A DNA stretch of 60,691 nt, filler included, from 7 parts of 7 records of this genome joined end to end with filler, not necessarily neighbours in it, one strand, 5' to 3'; shown: positions 37,935-48,314, numbered from the whole stretch's first letter. Numbers and translations are program-made. Notes: a model not told the origin generated them from the letters alone.

Positions 37935-38759
37935 TTATTCAAAGTCGGGGCTTATTTCAAAGGTCCTGCCGGTCTTGGACTGGTAGGAATCGGACAGAAT
38001 CCCTTTTTTAACCAGGGCGCTTTTTATCTGCCGGTCGATCTCTTCGACGTTGGGATTTGACGTGCCTATCTTGTAGGAAAGTTCCGCCACAAACGTTTTC
38101 GGGTATTTGTAATAGGGGCTCCAGACGGCGTAATCGACTTCTATTTTATCCGTGGCGCATGCCGCAATTCCTTCCCAGCCCAGGGCCCGCATCACAACCG
38201 TCTGCCGGATCCGGTCCGCGTATTCCGTGAATACCGGTTCGACAAGGGCCCATGCCCGGGGGCTTTTCTTTTTGATTTGCGCAATAACCGCATTCACATC
38301 AACCTTGCGCACGTCGATGTCGCTGGGGTCAAATTTGATGTCATAGCTGACACTGTATTTCTTCCTGCCGTTTTGAAAATCAATTTCAGCCTTTGAATAC
38401 TTTTTCAGGTCACCGAACTGTCCGGGGGAAGGGGTCCGGAACTTGACCGTGATTTTACTTTTCCATGGCTTTTTCAAATCCTCCCTGACCCTGACAATTA
38501 ATGACCTTTTGCGTAGCTGCCGGTCAGGTGTGTCCAGGTAGGTCACCAGTTTTTCCTTACGTTCCGGATCAAAACTGACAAAGTCATAACAGCCGGCCCG
38601 TTCTTCCGATATGGAAGCCGGCGCCATGTCCCATGACGTTGGCTCATCCAGGCTGAAGGCGTATTCCGCCTGGGTAAAATCAGCCACGTTCAGCGCCAGG
38701 GCGGGCATGGCAAAGATGATATGAATCAAAAACAAACCGCAATATGCAATACTCTTCAT
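37935..38759 (-). CDS. Exported CYTH-like (triphosphate tunnel metalloenzyme) protein
   Basis: Signal peptide ending ALA; YLDTPD.QL.K.SL.VRVRE, ITVKFR, AELSYK, SKT motifs. Confidence 0.7.
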   Translation of the reverse strand: MKSIAYCGLFLIHIIFAMPALALNVADFTQAEYAFSLDEPTSWDMAPASISEERAGCYDFVSFDPERKEKLVTYLDTPDRQLRKRSLIVRVREDLKKPWKSKITVKFRTPSPGQFGDLKKYSKAEIDFQNGRKKYSVSYDIKFDPSDIDVRKVDVNAVIAQIKKKSPRAWALVEPVFTEYADRIRQTVVMRALGWEGIAACATDKIEVDYAVWSPYYKYPKTFVAELSYKIGTSNPNVEEIDRQIKSALVKKGILSDSYQSKTGRTFEISPDFE

Positions 38760-39182
38760 TTGACAACTCCCGGTTATATATTAAAAAACAAACAAACACT
38801 TTTATCCTTGGGACAATCTTGTGTCACAGGCAGTGAATGGATGTCCAATAAGGTGTTCTTATGAATATCATGCCGTTTTTTTATGGTTGCGCTTTCCCAT
38901 GGCCGTCCGGTATGAAGTAATTTTTCCGAATCGCATTCCCCCTGGCCCCGGACCCGTCTCCACCGCCGTAAATAAAGAGCCTTGGACTTTGAACGGCATA
39001 CGGGCCTCTACTCATAAATTTTCATTATCGTTGCGATGTCTAATGCTAATTAGACATTTTTTTTCTTTTGAGGTGTTCTGCCGGCAAACGGAAAGAATTT
39101 CTGTCATTTAAAGGAATTCCCCCTCGGCATCGTGCTGACAGGCGGACTTCCTTCAATAATAAAAAACTAAGGAGAGCGACCC

Positions 39183-40499
39183 ATGAAAAGAATGATCCTG
39201 GCCGCAGCCGTTTGCGCACTGGCCATTCCCGCCGCCGCCATGGCGGCTCCCAGCAATGAAGAGCTTCATCAGATGATTCTGGAAAACCAGAAGCAGATCA
39301 TTGATGCCCAGACAGAGCAAACCAGAAAAGAGAGCCATATCAAGTTTTCAAATAAAACAGGCATGCCCGAGTGGAAATCCGCCGACGGCAGGTCCTCGTT
39401 CAGCATCGGCGGCCGCCTGGCCATTGATGTTGCCGGGCTGTCCGACATGTATAAGAATGGCAAAAAATCAAAGTACTCGGACGGTGAGACCAAAAGCGAG
39501 ATGCGCAAGCTCTACCTTACGGTGGAAGGACAATTCGCCGATGTCTGGAAATATGAAGTGTCATGGGATTTTGCCGGGAACGGGGTGGATCTCAAAGACG
39601 CGAACCTGACCTATGCCGGTCTTGAAAACGATGAGATTACCCTGGGATGGCAGAAAGCCCGTTATGGCCTGGAAAGCACCACCAGCTCCAAGTACCTCAC
39701 CTACATGGAGCGCGGCCTGACCGACGCCTTCTCCCCTGACCGCGGCATTGGTGTTTTGTGGACCCATGAATACGGCATGGGCATCACACAGCTTTCCTAT
39801 TTTCTCCCCAATGGCAATGAGGAAAACGAAGCGGATTTCCGTGCCGATTCCCACGCGTTTTTGGGCCGGATCACCTGTGCCCCCATCAATGACAGGGAAA
39901 ACGGCCATGTGCTTCACCTGGGGGCGAATCTCGGCTATTTCGGCTATGATGATAAGGCGGAACCCCTCGAGTTCTCCGGCAAACCCGAGTCACATCTGGC
40001 TGAAAAACTTGTCGGGGTGGAATTCGAAAATCCGGACAGTGATTTCCGCTATGCCCTTGAAGCGGCCTATGCCATCAACGGCCTTTTCTTAACAGGTGAA
40101 TATGCGGCCGTTCAGGTCGAAGATGAAGATTCCGGCAAGGATTATTCCTTTGATGCCTGGTACCTGTCCGCCTCCTATATGCTCACCGGTGAATCCCACC
40201 GGTATAAAAAGTCTGCCGGTTATTTCAAGGATGTGAAGCCTTACAATCCCATCTCCGAAGGCGGTTTCGGCGCCTGGGAGCTATCCGCCCGCTACAGCGC
40301 CCTGAATCTCTCCGACGATGATATCTACGGCGGCGACCTGGAGGACATCACCATCGGTCTGAACTGGTACCTTGAAAGCAATCTGAAAGTTGTTCTCAAT
40401 TATGTTCACTATGATGCGGATAACTACAAGGACAGTGACAAATATGTCACCAGCCAGGACGGGGACCTTGTTCAGGCCCGTCTGCAATTGTTCTTCTAA
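39183..40499 (+). CDS. OprO/OprP phosphate-selective porin
   Basis: LKDA.L.Y, GLE.TTSSKYLTYMER, LTGE, GAWELSARYS, TIGLNWY, terminal RLQLFF. Confidence 0.92.
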   Translation: MKRMILAAAVCALAIPAAAMAAPSNEELHQMILENQKQIIDAQTEQTRKESHIKFSNKTGMPEWKSADGRSSFSIGGRLAIDVAGLSDMYKNGKKSKYSDGETKSEMRKLYLTVEGQFADVWKYEVSWDFAGNGVDLKDANLTYAGLENDEITLGWQKARYGLESTTSSKYLTYMERGLTDAFSPDRGIGVLWTHEYGMGITQLSYFLPNGNEENEADFRADSHAFLGRITCAPINDRENGHVLHLGANLGYFGYDDKAEPLEFSGKPESHLAEKLVGVEFENPDSDFRYALEAAYAINGLFLTGEYAAVQVEDEDSGKDYSFDAWYLSASYMLTGESHRYKKSAGYFKDVKPYNPISEGGFGAWELSARYSALNLSDDDIYGGDLEDITIGLNWYLESNLKVVLNYVHYDADNYKDSDKYVTSQDGDLVQARLQLFF

Positions 40500-40514
40500 T
40501 TCGGTTTAGTAGTA

Positions 40515-40561
40515 AAAAAGCGGGAAGGGGGGGACGGCTCACAGGCCGTTCCCCCTTTTTC
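40515..40561. terminator. Probable bidirectional terminator
   Basis: GGGGGACGGC-loop-GCCGTTCCCCC-TTTTT between convergent genes. Confidence 0.65.
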
Positions 40562-40581
40562 ATGTGCGTGTTTCTCCGGAT

Positions 40582-42027
40582 TCAGGAATCAATGTGGTCG
40601 ATGCGTTTGATGCCGTCTCGGTTAAAAACGATCCTGAACCGTTTGCAGACCTTTTTATCCCCGATTCTGTGGCACCGGATCATATTCATGTGATAGACCT
40701 TGTCCGCGGAAAGCGTTTCGTAGGAACTCCCTTTACAGACAAACATGGTATGCTTGGGGTCGTCCATATTGTTGAGGAAATCGCTGATGTTCAGCCGGGT
40801 GATATCCACAAGGCCGTCCCAGGATTGGCCGATGGCCCTGGGTTTCAGGAGAATCTCCTTCCGGTAATACAGGATATCCTCGCTTCTGAATGAATTTTCG
40901 ATGTCCACCAGGTGGGTTTTATTTCTAAGGGTCATTATGGCTGGGGGGATTTTCGACTCCTCCATGAAATGGAAATTTTCCCTGCATTTGCCGATCAGTG
41001 TGGAGTAATTCTGATAGACAAATTGCTGCCGGTCCGACAGTACCCTTTTGAGCCTGGCGGAAAGGAAATCCCGGATCGCCTCTTTCATCCGGTCCTTGAA
41101 TATATATCCGATGACCAGGGCCATGAACAGGGGGGTGCTCAGGGAGCCGTAGGTATCCTGCCAGATAAAGGCAACGGCCGTGGCAAATACCATGGCCAGG
41201 CCCGCGGCAAAGCTGTAAATCAGCTGGAGCAGCACCGTTCCTTCCTTTTTTTGCCGGATTTCCAGAAACAGGGGGCTGCTCACGTATTTTTTCAATATAT
41301 TCCATTTATATATCAGGGTTTCGCTGTCCGCTTCCACGGAAGGGACAGCGGTGGTCCCCAGTTGTTTCTGGTAGCTCAGTTCCTTACGAATCCGTTTCAG
41401 CAGTTTTTCCCTGACAGCCGCCTGGCTCCTGTTTTGGGCGTCCCATGCCGGCAAATCCAGGATGCGGAAAAAATAGTAGGTCAGGCACATGCTGATATAT
41501 TCATTGCAATAGGCCAGGGCCCGTCCGGATTCCGCATCCGGGATGCCACCATGGCCGGATGCATGGGCCCGCAGAAGGTCCGCGCCCCGGGCGGCCGTGG
41601 CCAGGGTGTCAAGGGCATGGCGGGTCAATTCCCGCCCTTCCAGTGTTTTTGCCTTAAAGGTGTTGTGCCTCAGCCGTTTTTTTACCATCAGGGCATAGCG
41701 TTTGACGGCGTCCCGGTAGTTTGAACGGGCTTGGTGGCGGCCTCCTTGTCTTAACCGGTCCAGGGCGGATTGGACTTTTTCCATGGATATGTCCGGTCCC
41801 TCGGTATTACTGCCGGGCAGGGGCGGAATTCGCAGCCGGATATAATTTTTCAGCCGGTTGTAGAACATCTGTTTGGTGTATGTTCCCTTGTTGATTCCCA
41901 GGGAGTTGGGAATAAAGAACAGGGTTTCGATGACATAGCGGCTTTTTTTCCTGGAATGGTGGAACGACAGCCGTTGCTTGATTTCAAACTGGAATTTTCC
42001 GTGGATGGTTACAAATTCTTGGATCAT
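40582..42027 (-). CDS. Conserved hypothetical protein with two-TM hairpin
   Basis: 481-aa ORF; FQFEIK, FFIP.SL.I...TY, AAGLAM.FA, YIFKDRMKE motifs. Confidence 0.8.
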   Translation of the reverse strand: MIQEFVTIHGKFQFEIKQRLSFHHSRKKSRYVIETLFFIPNSLGINKGTYTKQMFYNRLKNYIRLRIPPLPGSNTEGPDISMEKVQSALDRLRQGGRHQARSNYRDAVKRYALMVKKRLRHNTFKAKTLEGRELTRHALDTLATAARGADLLRAHASGHGGIPDAESGRALAYCNEYISMCLTYYFFRILDLPAWDAQNRSQAAVREKLLKRIRKELSYQKQLGTTAVPSVEADSETLIYKWNILKKYVSSPLFLEIRQKKEGTVLLQLIYSFAAGLAMVFATAVAFIWQDTYGSLSTPLFMALVIGYIFKDRMKEAIRDFLSARLKRVLSDRQQFVYQNYSTLIGKCRENFHFMEESKIPPAIMTLRNKTHLVDIENSFRSEDILYYRKEILLKPRAIGQSWDGLVDITRLNISDFLNNMDDPKHTMFVCKGSSYETLSADKVYHMNMIRCHRIGDKKVCKRFRIVFNRDGIKRIDHIDS

Positions 42028-42358
42028 GCTTAAACCATTGAAAATGAGTTGGTTTTTGTTAGAGGGATGACGGGGCCTGGAAAATATTCAAAAACAGCGT
42101 CGTAAAAGCCGGATCGGGGAAAGGGCGATGCCGGGGCACGCCCTCCTGTGTGGCCTTAAGGTTTTCCAGGAATCCGGAAGAGGGGAGGAACGGCCCCCGG
42201 ATTTATCCGGCGGGGGCCGTGGAAAGCCGGTTGCTTACCGGGTGGTAAAGTACTCATCCAGCATGGGAGAGAGTTTTTTTCTTGAAATGCCCAGGTTGTT
42301 CTGGGCATGGAACGAAATCTTTCCCTGGAGGCAGGGTTTCTGGGATTCAAGGCAAAGG

Positions 42359-42458
42359 NNNNNNNNNNNNNNNNNNNNNNNNNNNNNNNNNNNNNNNNNN
42401 NNTTAATTAATTAANNNNNNNNNNNNNNNNNNNNNNNNNNNNNNNNNNNNNNNNNNNN
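42359..42458. other. Artificial contig linker
   Basis: N-run, TTAATTAATTAA, N-run. Confidence 0.98.
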
Positions 42459-43036
42459 TTGGCGGAAAGGATGGATTGGGCCTTATCGGAACGGACGCCC
42501 CTCTCCCTCAGCCTCGCGGGAGTGGCCTCCCCTTCCCGGCGGAGGACCAGGGCGCTGCGGATGGCCTCCTGGCGGTAGGCGCTGATCCTCTCCTCCCTGG
42601 TGGAGATCCCGCCCTTGTGGAACTCGCCGTAGCGGCCGTTCACCTCCCGGAGCAGGACCGCCTGCTTCTTCCGCCTCATCCTCTTTTCATAGGGCCGGGG
42701 ATGGAGGACCGTGTCCACCCTGGTCTTGGTCTTCATAAAGCGGACGAGGATCAGCCCCACCTCCAGCTTGCGCAGGAGGTTGCGCAGCCCCCGGGCGTTG
42801 GGAAGGTCCCTCTTGCCCTCGGGGACGGGCACGCAGACATAGACGGAGTCACAGATATCCTTCCGCCGGGCCGCCTGGATCAGCAGGGTGACGGTGACCC
42901 GGGTCTTCAGCTCAACCAGGATCATCTGTTCCTCCTTTACGGCCACGAGATCGCACTCCTGCACCTCTCCCCGCACGCTGTAGCCCTGATGCTCGAGGTA
43001 GCTCTTCAGGGGATCGTAGAGCTCGGACTCCTTAAT
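42459..43036 (-). CDS. DUF2161-like PD-(D/E)XK protein (3' truncated; probable ATT start)
   Basis: IKESELYDPLKSYLEHQGYSVRGEV..CDLVA, VELK, SAYRQ.A motifs; AGGAGG 7 nt before ATT at 43036. Confidence 0.85.
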
Positions 43037-43331
43037 CGTCGTCCCTCCTTCTCCGTTTTTTCTTCTTCCGGCTTAAGGTCAGGGAGCCGAATCCGCCGAC
43101 CACGGCCATATAGAAGCCCAGGTCGTACCAGAATCCCGTGTTCCAGGGTTCGTAGATGCGGACAAAGGGATTGAAAAGGCTGATGACCAGGGAGACCGGA
43201 GCGATCCAGCCGTGCCAGATCCCCCAGAGGAAGCCCGCCGGCATGGCGTGGGAGGCCTGACCGTCTCCGGGCAGGCAGGAACAGAAGAGAAGGGCCGTCA
43301 GAATCATAAGGATTAGCAATCGTTTATGCAT
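43032..43331 (-). CDS. Small membrane lipoprotein
   Basis: Lipobox-like FCSC; PAGFLWGIWHGWIAP, IYE..NTG.WYDLGF motifs; GGGAGG RBS. Confidence 0.8.
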   Translation of the reverse strand: MHKRLLILMILTALLFCSCLPGDGQASHAMPAGFLWGIWHGWIAPVSLVISLFNPFVRIYEPWNTGFWYDLGFYMAVVGGFGSLTLSRKKKKRRRRDDD

Positions 43332-43369
43332 GGATACCTCCCGGAACCGAGTCCATTGTAATACCATAC

Positions 43370-44257
43370 CTAAAAAAGCTCCAGCTGCTCGGGCTCCTCA
43401 TAGCCCCTGCGGGAGGCGGCGATGATATCCTCCATCCTGTAGAGCAGCCCCAGGCGGCGGCACTCCTCCTGAAAGAGCCTGACAAGGGAGGACACATGGG
43501 GACGGGCGCAGCCGTAGCTGTCGCCGAAGCTCTTCCTGTAACGGCCCGAAAGTCCGGGGAACTCCCTGTCCAGGGCCTGGTAGAAATACTCTCTCTGCCC
43601 CTCCCGCATGGTCACGCCGAATCCGGAGAAGATGAAGCGGGCCCCCGCATCGGCGGCGGCGCGTACCACCGACAGGACGTTCTCCTCGCTGTCCTCCAGC
43701 CAGGGCAGAAGGGGCATAAAGAGGATCCCCGTGAAGAGCCCCCCCCCGGGCGAGTCCCTCCACGGCCTTCAGCCGTTCCGCCGGACGGGGCGCCCTGGGC
43801 TCTATCTTCGCCGCCAGTTCATGATCGGTGCAGGTAAGGGTGACCTTGATCAAAACGGGAGAGTGTCCGGCGATGTCCCGGAACAGGGAAAGGTCCCTCA
43901 GCACCAGATCGCTTTTGGTAGCCAGGGCGGCGCCGAAACGGGCCCTGTGGATCAGCCCCAACGCCCCCGAAGTCAGGGCCAGCCTCTTCTCCAGTGGGTT
44001 GTAGGGATCGGTCATGGCCCCTGTGGCCACCACCCCTTTGCGTCGGCGGCTTCCCAGTTCCCTCTCCAGGATCGCGAGGGCCCGGGCCTTGGGGCGGACG
44101 CGGTCGAAGTTTTCCACATGGTAGCAGCTGCTCCGGCTGTCGCAGTAGATGCAGCCGTAACTGCAGCCCCGGTAGAGGTTCATATTGTATTCGGTTCCGA
44201 ACCACCGGGGCTGTGGCTTCCAGGCCGACAGGATGGTCTTCGCCTCTATACCTTCAT
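43370..44257 (-). pseudogene. SPL-like radical SAM gene broken by frameshifts
   Basis: IEAKTILS / WFGTEYNMNLYRGCSYGCIYCDSRS / GILFMPLLPWLED...FGVTMREGQREYFY lie in different frames; shifts at a C5 run and a G9 run (43739-43747), and probably just after the ATG. Confidence 0.8.
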
Positions 44258-44291
44258 TTCCCCTCTCCAGACTGGTCTCCTTGCTTTTTTA

Positions 44292-44319
44292 TTGACACTT
44301 TCGCAGATTATGTTACTTT
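44292..44319 (+). promoter_or_regulatory. Sigma70-like promoter for carbonic anhydrase
   Basis: TTGACA-16 bp-TACTTT with TG extended -10. Confidence 0.5.
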
Positions 44320-44352
44320 AAAAATCGACAGCGATCTATTATCCTTTATACC

Positions 44353-44970
44353 ATGGATAAGTTATTAAAAGGGATCGTCCGCTTCAGAAAGGAAGACTTC
44401 GAGAGCCATCGCAGCCTCTTTTCCAGCCTCAGCCGGTCCCAGAAGCCCCACACCCTGTTTATCGGATGCGCCGACTCGCGCATTGTCCCCAGCCTGATCA
44501 CCAAGACCCTTCCGGGAGAGCTCTTCATCGTCCGGAACGTGGCCAATATGGTTCCCCCCTGGCGTCAGGCCGACGAGTACCTTTCCACCACCTCGGCCAT
44601 TGAGTATGCGGTCCAGGTGCTGGAAGTGGACAATATCATCGTCTGCGGCCACAGCAACTGCGGAGGCTGCGCGGCCCTCCACAAGGAGATCCACCGGGAA
44701 CTGCCCCATACCCATAAATGGCTCGAGCTGGCAAAAGGGGTGAGGGAAAAGGTGGAAGACCAGCTGGCCGAGCCCGATGAGGCGGCCCGGGAATGGCTGA
44801 CCGAACAGACCAACGTGGTCGAACAGATGAAGCACCTGCTGAGCTATCCCTATATAGCCGAACGCTTCAAGGAAGGGAAGCTGGAGATCCGGGGCTGGTA
44901 CTACATCATCGAAACAGGAGAGGTCTACGGCTACGACAGGGAGGAGTCGGTCTTCAAGCTGCTGAACTGA
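44353..44970 (+). CDS. Beta-class carbonic anhydrase
   Basis: CADSR, PGELF.VRNVAN, SAIEYAV, CGHSNCGG. Confidence 0.96.
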   Translation: MDKLLKGIVRFRKEDFESHRSLFSSLSRSQKPHTLFIGCADSRIVPSLITKTLPGELFIVRNVANMVPPWRQADEYLSTTSAIEYAVQVLEVDNIIVCGHSNCGGCAALHKEIHRELPHTHKWLELAKGVREKVEDQLAEPDEAAREWLTEQTNVVEQMKHLLSYPYIAERFKEGKLEIRGWYYIIETGEVYGYDREESVFKLLN

Positions 44971-45104
44971 TTCCCGTCGCCCATGGGGCCTGCGCGGCGG
45001 GGATTCCCTTCCGCGCTTGCCTTCGATGCCTGCGGTCAGGACGCCGCGGCGTGCCTTCCCGGGCCTACTAGGCAGAGCCGCCCGGTCATCCTACAATGGG
45101 ATTC

Positions 45105-46832
45105 ATGATCAAAAACTTCATCTCCTACTACAAACCCCATAGAGGGCTCTTCCTGCTGGATATGTTCTGCGCGGTCACGGCATCGGCCCTGGCGGTTATT
45201 TTCCCCTTTCTGACCCGTAATCTGGTGGGAACCCTCATCCCCGCCGGGGAGCTGCAGCCCATCATCTCCATCCTGGCCCTGATGCTGGGCATCTATATGG
45301 GCAAGGCCTTTCTGACCTATATCCGGGTCAAATGGGGCCATATCCTGGGTGTTCGCATGGAGGCGGATATGAGGCGGGACCTCTTCGCCCATATCCAGAA
45401 GCTCTCGTTCAGCTATTTCGACCGGGTCAAGACGGGGCATCTTATGAGCCGCATCTCCAACGACCTGAGCGTCATCGCCGAGGTGGCCCATCACGCCCCC
45501 GAGGATCTGATCATCTCGGTGATCGTCCTGATCATGGGTTATTCCATGATGTTTCTCTACAACGCCCAGCTGGCCCTGATCTCCATGATCCCCCTCCCCC
45601 TGATGCTCGCGTGGGGTATCTTCATGGGCCACAGGATGCGCCAGAGCATGAGGAAGGTCCGCAAGAAGATCGCCGATATTAATAGCACAGTCGAGAATTC
45701 CGTGCAGGGGATACGGGAGGTGAAGTCCTTCGCCGCCGAATCGGTGGAACGCAGGAAGTTTCACAACAGCAACGACAGCTTCCGCCTGGCCAAGGAGCAG
45801 GCCTATCAGCGCATGGCCCGTTTCCACTCGGTGATGGATTTCCTGAGGGAGCTCTACTACTTCTGCATCATCGCCGGCGGGGTGCTGCTGATCTTTTCAG
45901 GCCGCCTGGGGGTGGTGGATCTTCTGGCCTTCATCCTCTATATAGGCATCATCCTCCCTCCCATAGACAGGCTGATCAACTTCACAGAACAGCTGCAGCA
46001 GGGCATCTCCTCCTTTGAGCGCTTCAGGGAGATCATGGATCTGGACCCGGATATCCGGGACAGGGAGAACGCCGCCGAGTTCGATTGCAGGGGCGGAGAA
46101 ATCAGGATAGAGAATCTGAGCTTCAGCTATGACAAATCTCCGGAGGAGGTCCTCAGGGAGATAGACATCACCATCCCCGCGGGAAGCACCGTGGCCCTGG
46201 CCGGCGAGTCGGGAGCGGGAAAGAGCACCCTGGCGGCCCTGCTCCCCCGCTTCTACGAAGCGACGGAGGGAAGGATACTCGCAGACGGACAGGATATCGC
46301 CTCCCTGACCCAGGAAAGCCTTCGCCGCAATATAGGAATCGTTCAGCAGAGCGTCTTCCTCTTCGACGGGACCATAAGGGAGAACATCCTCTACGGCGAT
46401 CCGGATGCCGACGACAGGGCGGTCGAAGAGGCCCTGGCGGCCGCCAATCTGAACGGTTTTATAGCATCCCTCCCCGACGGCCTGGACACGGAGGTGGGTG
46501 AGCGGGGCGTCCTTCTCTCTGGAGGACAGAAGCAGAGGATTTCCATCGCCCGGGTCTTCCTCAAGGATCCGAAGATCCTGATCCTGGACGAGGCCACGAG
46601 CGCCCTGGACAACGAATCGGAGAGCCTGATACAGGAGGCCCTGAGACGGCTGTGCCGGGACCGAACCACCCTGATCATCGCCCACCGCCTGTCCACCATT
46701 ATGATGGCCGAGACCATCTATGTGATGAAACAGGGGCGGATAGTAGAACAGGGAAGCCATGCCGAACTGCTGGCCATGAAGGGCTACTACAAGTCCCTGG
46801 CGGATAAGGGTACCCTGACGGAATTGAACTGA
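45105..46832 (+). CDS. ABC exporter (fused TMD + NBD)
   Basis: GESGAGKS, LSGGQKQR, ILILDEATSALD, IAHRLST. Confidence 0.95.
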   Translation: MIKNFISYYKPHRGLFLLDMFCAVTASALAVIFPFLTRNLVGTLIPAGELQPIISILALMLGIYMGKAFLTYIRVKWGHILGVRMEADMRRDLFAHIQKLSFSYFDRVKTGHLMSRISNDLSVIAEVAHHAPEDLIISVIVLIMGYSMMFLYNAQLALISMIPLPLMLAWGIFMGHRMRQSMRKVRKKIADINSTVENSVQGIREVKSFAAESVERRKFHNSNDSFRLAKEQAYQRMARFHSVMDFLRELYYFCIIAGGVLLIFSGRLGVVDLLAFILYIGIILPPIDRLINFTEQLQQGISSFERFREIMDLDPDIRDRENAAEFDCRGGEIRIENLSFSYDKSPEEVLREIDITIPAGSTVALAGESGAGKSTLAALLPRFYEATEGRILADGQDIASLTQESLRRNIGIVQQSVFLFDGTIRENILYGDPDADDRAVEEALAAANLNGFIASLPDGLDTEVGERGVLLSGGQKQRISIARVFLKDPKILILDEATSALDNESESLIQEALRRLCRDRTTLIIAHRLSTIMMAETIYVMKQGRIVEQGSHAELLAMKGYYKSLADKGTLTELN

Positions 46833-47063
46833 AGGGCAGGCGCCCGGCCGGTCGGTCCAGGAGAGAAAAAAGATGAGGGAGCTGCGGCTGTCAACGCCTC
46901 CCTTGTTACTGAATTCAAAAAATGACTCCGGATATTCATGTACCACCGGCGCGGACACAGTTGATGCAGAGCAAAGCCAAAGACGACGAACCCGGACCCT
47001 GGAAAGAGTTTTCCTCCGGGTTTGTTTGACTTATATCATCTTCCGGTATTAAATAAACGGAAG

Positions 47064-48314
47064 ATGAAGAACAGCCTGATCCCCTTCGACAGCGCCCAGC
47101 AGAAGCGGCTCCTATTCCCCATGATCGTCCTCTCGAACTTCGCCGTGGCGGCCCTGTTTCTCACAGGGGGAGTGCATCCCTACCCGGATAGCTGGACCTA
47201 TCAGTTTCTGGCTCTTCTGACTGTCAATTTCGCGGCGACGCTGGGGATCTTCGCCGTCCCCGTCAGGGAATCCTCTTCCAGAGGACTGGCGATCGTATTC
47301 CTTTTCCTGGTTCAGATGTCCTGCAAATACATCATGACAAAACCCTTCAGCGGGGATATCTGGTTCGAGTTCTTCCTGATCATCATCATGTTTCTGGAGA
47401 GCATCCTCGTTCTGACGACGGCGGAAACCCTGGTGCTGACCCTGGCCATCATCGCCTCCGTCCTGTTCACAGACCACAACGGCGTGTTCTGGGGAATAGA
47501 AATTCCGATCAGGAACTGGGAGGTAAAGAGCTCCCTCTTCCTGCTTACCATACTGATTTCAGGGCTCTCGATCATGATAAAGCAGGCCCATGCCATCCTC
47601 TTGAACGACAGGCTGATGCTGAAGAACCAGAAGCAGATCATACAGAAGCTGTCGGCCTCCAACACAGAGCTCCAGAGCTACGCCAATATGGCGGAGGAGA
47701 GGAGCATGATGAACGAGAGGCTGAAGCTGACCCGGGAGATCCACGACACCGTGGGCTATACCATGACCAATCTGCTGATGATGCTGGAAGCGAGCACCGA
47801 CCTCCTGAAGACCAACCCGGCCAGGCTGGAGCAGCTGCTCAACCAGGCCCTGGATATAACGAAAAACGGCCATGAGGAGATCCGGCAGTCCCTGCGGACC
47901 CTGAGGAACACAAAGGTAAAGGAGAAGAACAGCGTCGAGTCTGTCCGCCATCTCACGGCGATCTTTATGGAGTCCACCGGAGTCGACGTGCGTGTGGAAT
48001 TCGGCAACCTGCCCTGGAGGCTGAACCGCAAGGTGGACCATATCATCTATCGATTTCTCCAGGAGGCCATGACCAACGCCCTGACCCATGGTGACGCCAA
48101 GAGCGTCGACATCCGTTTCTGGCTGAGCGACGACTGCATCCGGATAAGCATCGAGGATGACGGCAAGGGCAGCAAGGATATAGAACAGGGCATAGGTTTA
48201 AAAGGGATGAGCGAGCGGCTGGCGGAGGTATCGGGCCGTCTCAGCTACGAGAACAGCAGTACCGGATTCTTTATCCGGGCGGAAATACCATGGAGCAATA
48301 CGAAACAGTTATGA
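47064..48314 (+). CDS. Membrane sensor histidine kinase (HisKA_3 / NarX-like)
   Basis: ER.KLTREIHDTVG, QEAMTNAL.H, DDGKG, GIGL.GM.ER. Confidence 0.93.
   Translation: MKNSLIPFDSAQQKRLLFPMIVLSNFAVAALFLTGGVHPYPDSWTYQFLALLTVNFAATLGIFAVPVRESSSRGLAIVFLFLVQMSCKYIMTKPFSGDIWFEFFLIIIMFLESILVLTTAETLVLTLAIIASVLFTDHNGVFWGIEIPIRNWEVKSSLFLLTILISGLSIMIKQAHAILLNDRLMLKNQKQIIQKLSASNTELQSYANMAEERSMMNERLKLTREIHDTVGYTMTNLLMMLEASTDLLKTNPARLEQLLNQALDITKNGHEEIRQSLRTLRNTKVKEKNSVESVRHLTAIFMESTGVDVRVEFGNLPWRLNRKVDHIIYRFLQEAMTNALTHGDAKSVDIRFWLSDDCIRISIEDDGKGSKDIEQGIGLKGMSERLAEVSGRLSYENSSTGFFIRAEIPWSNTKQL

Noticed and set aside
38760-39182. Pho box upstream of the porin/CYTH genes
   Set aside because: TCAT half-sites near 39012 and 39022 are 10 bp apart rather than 11 and match the consensus poorly.
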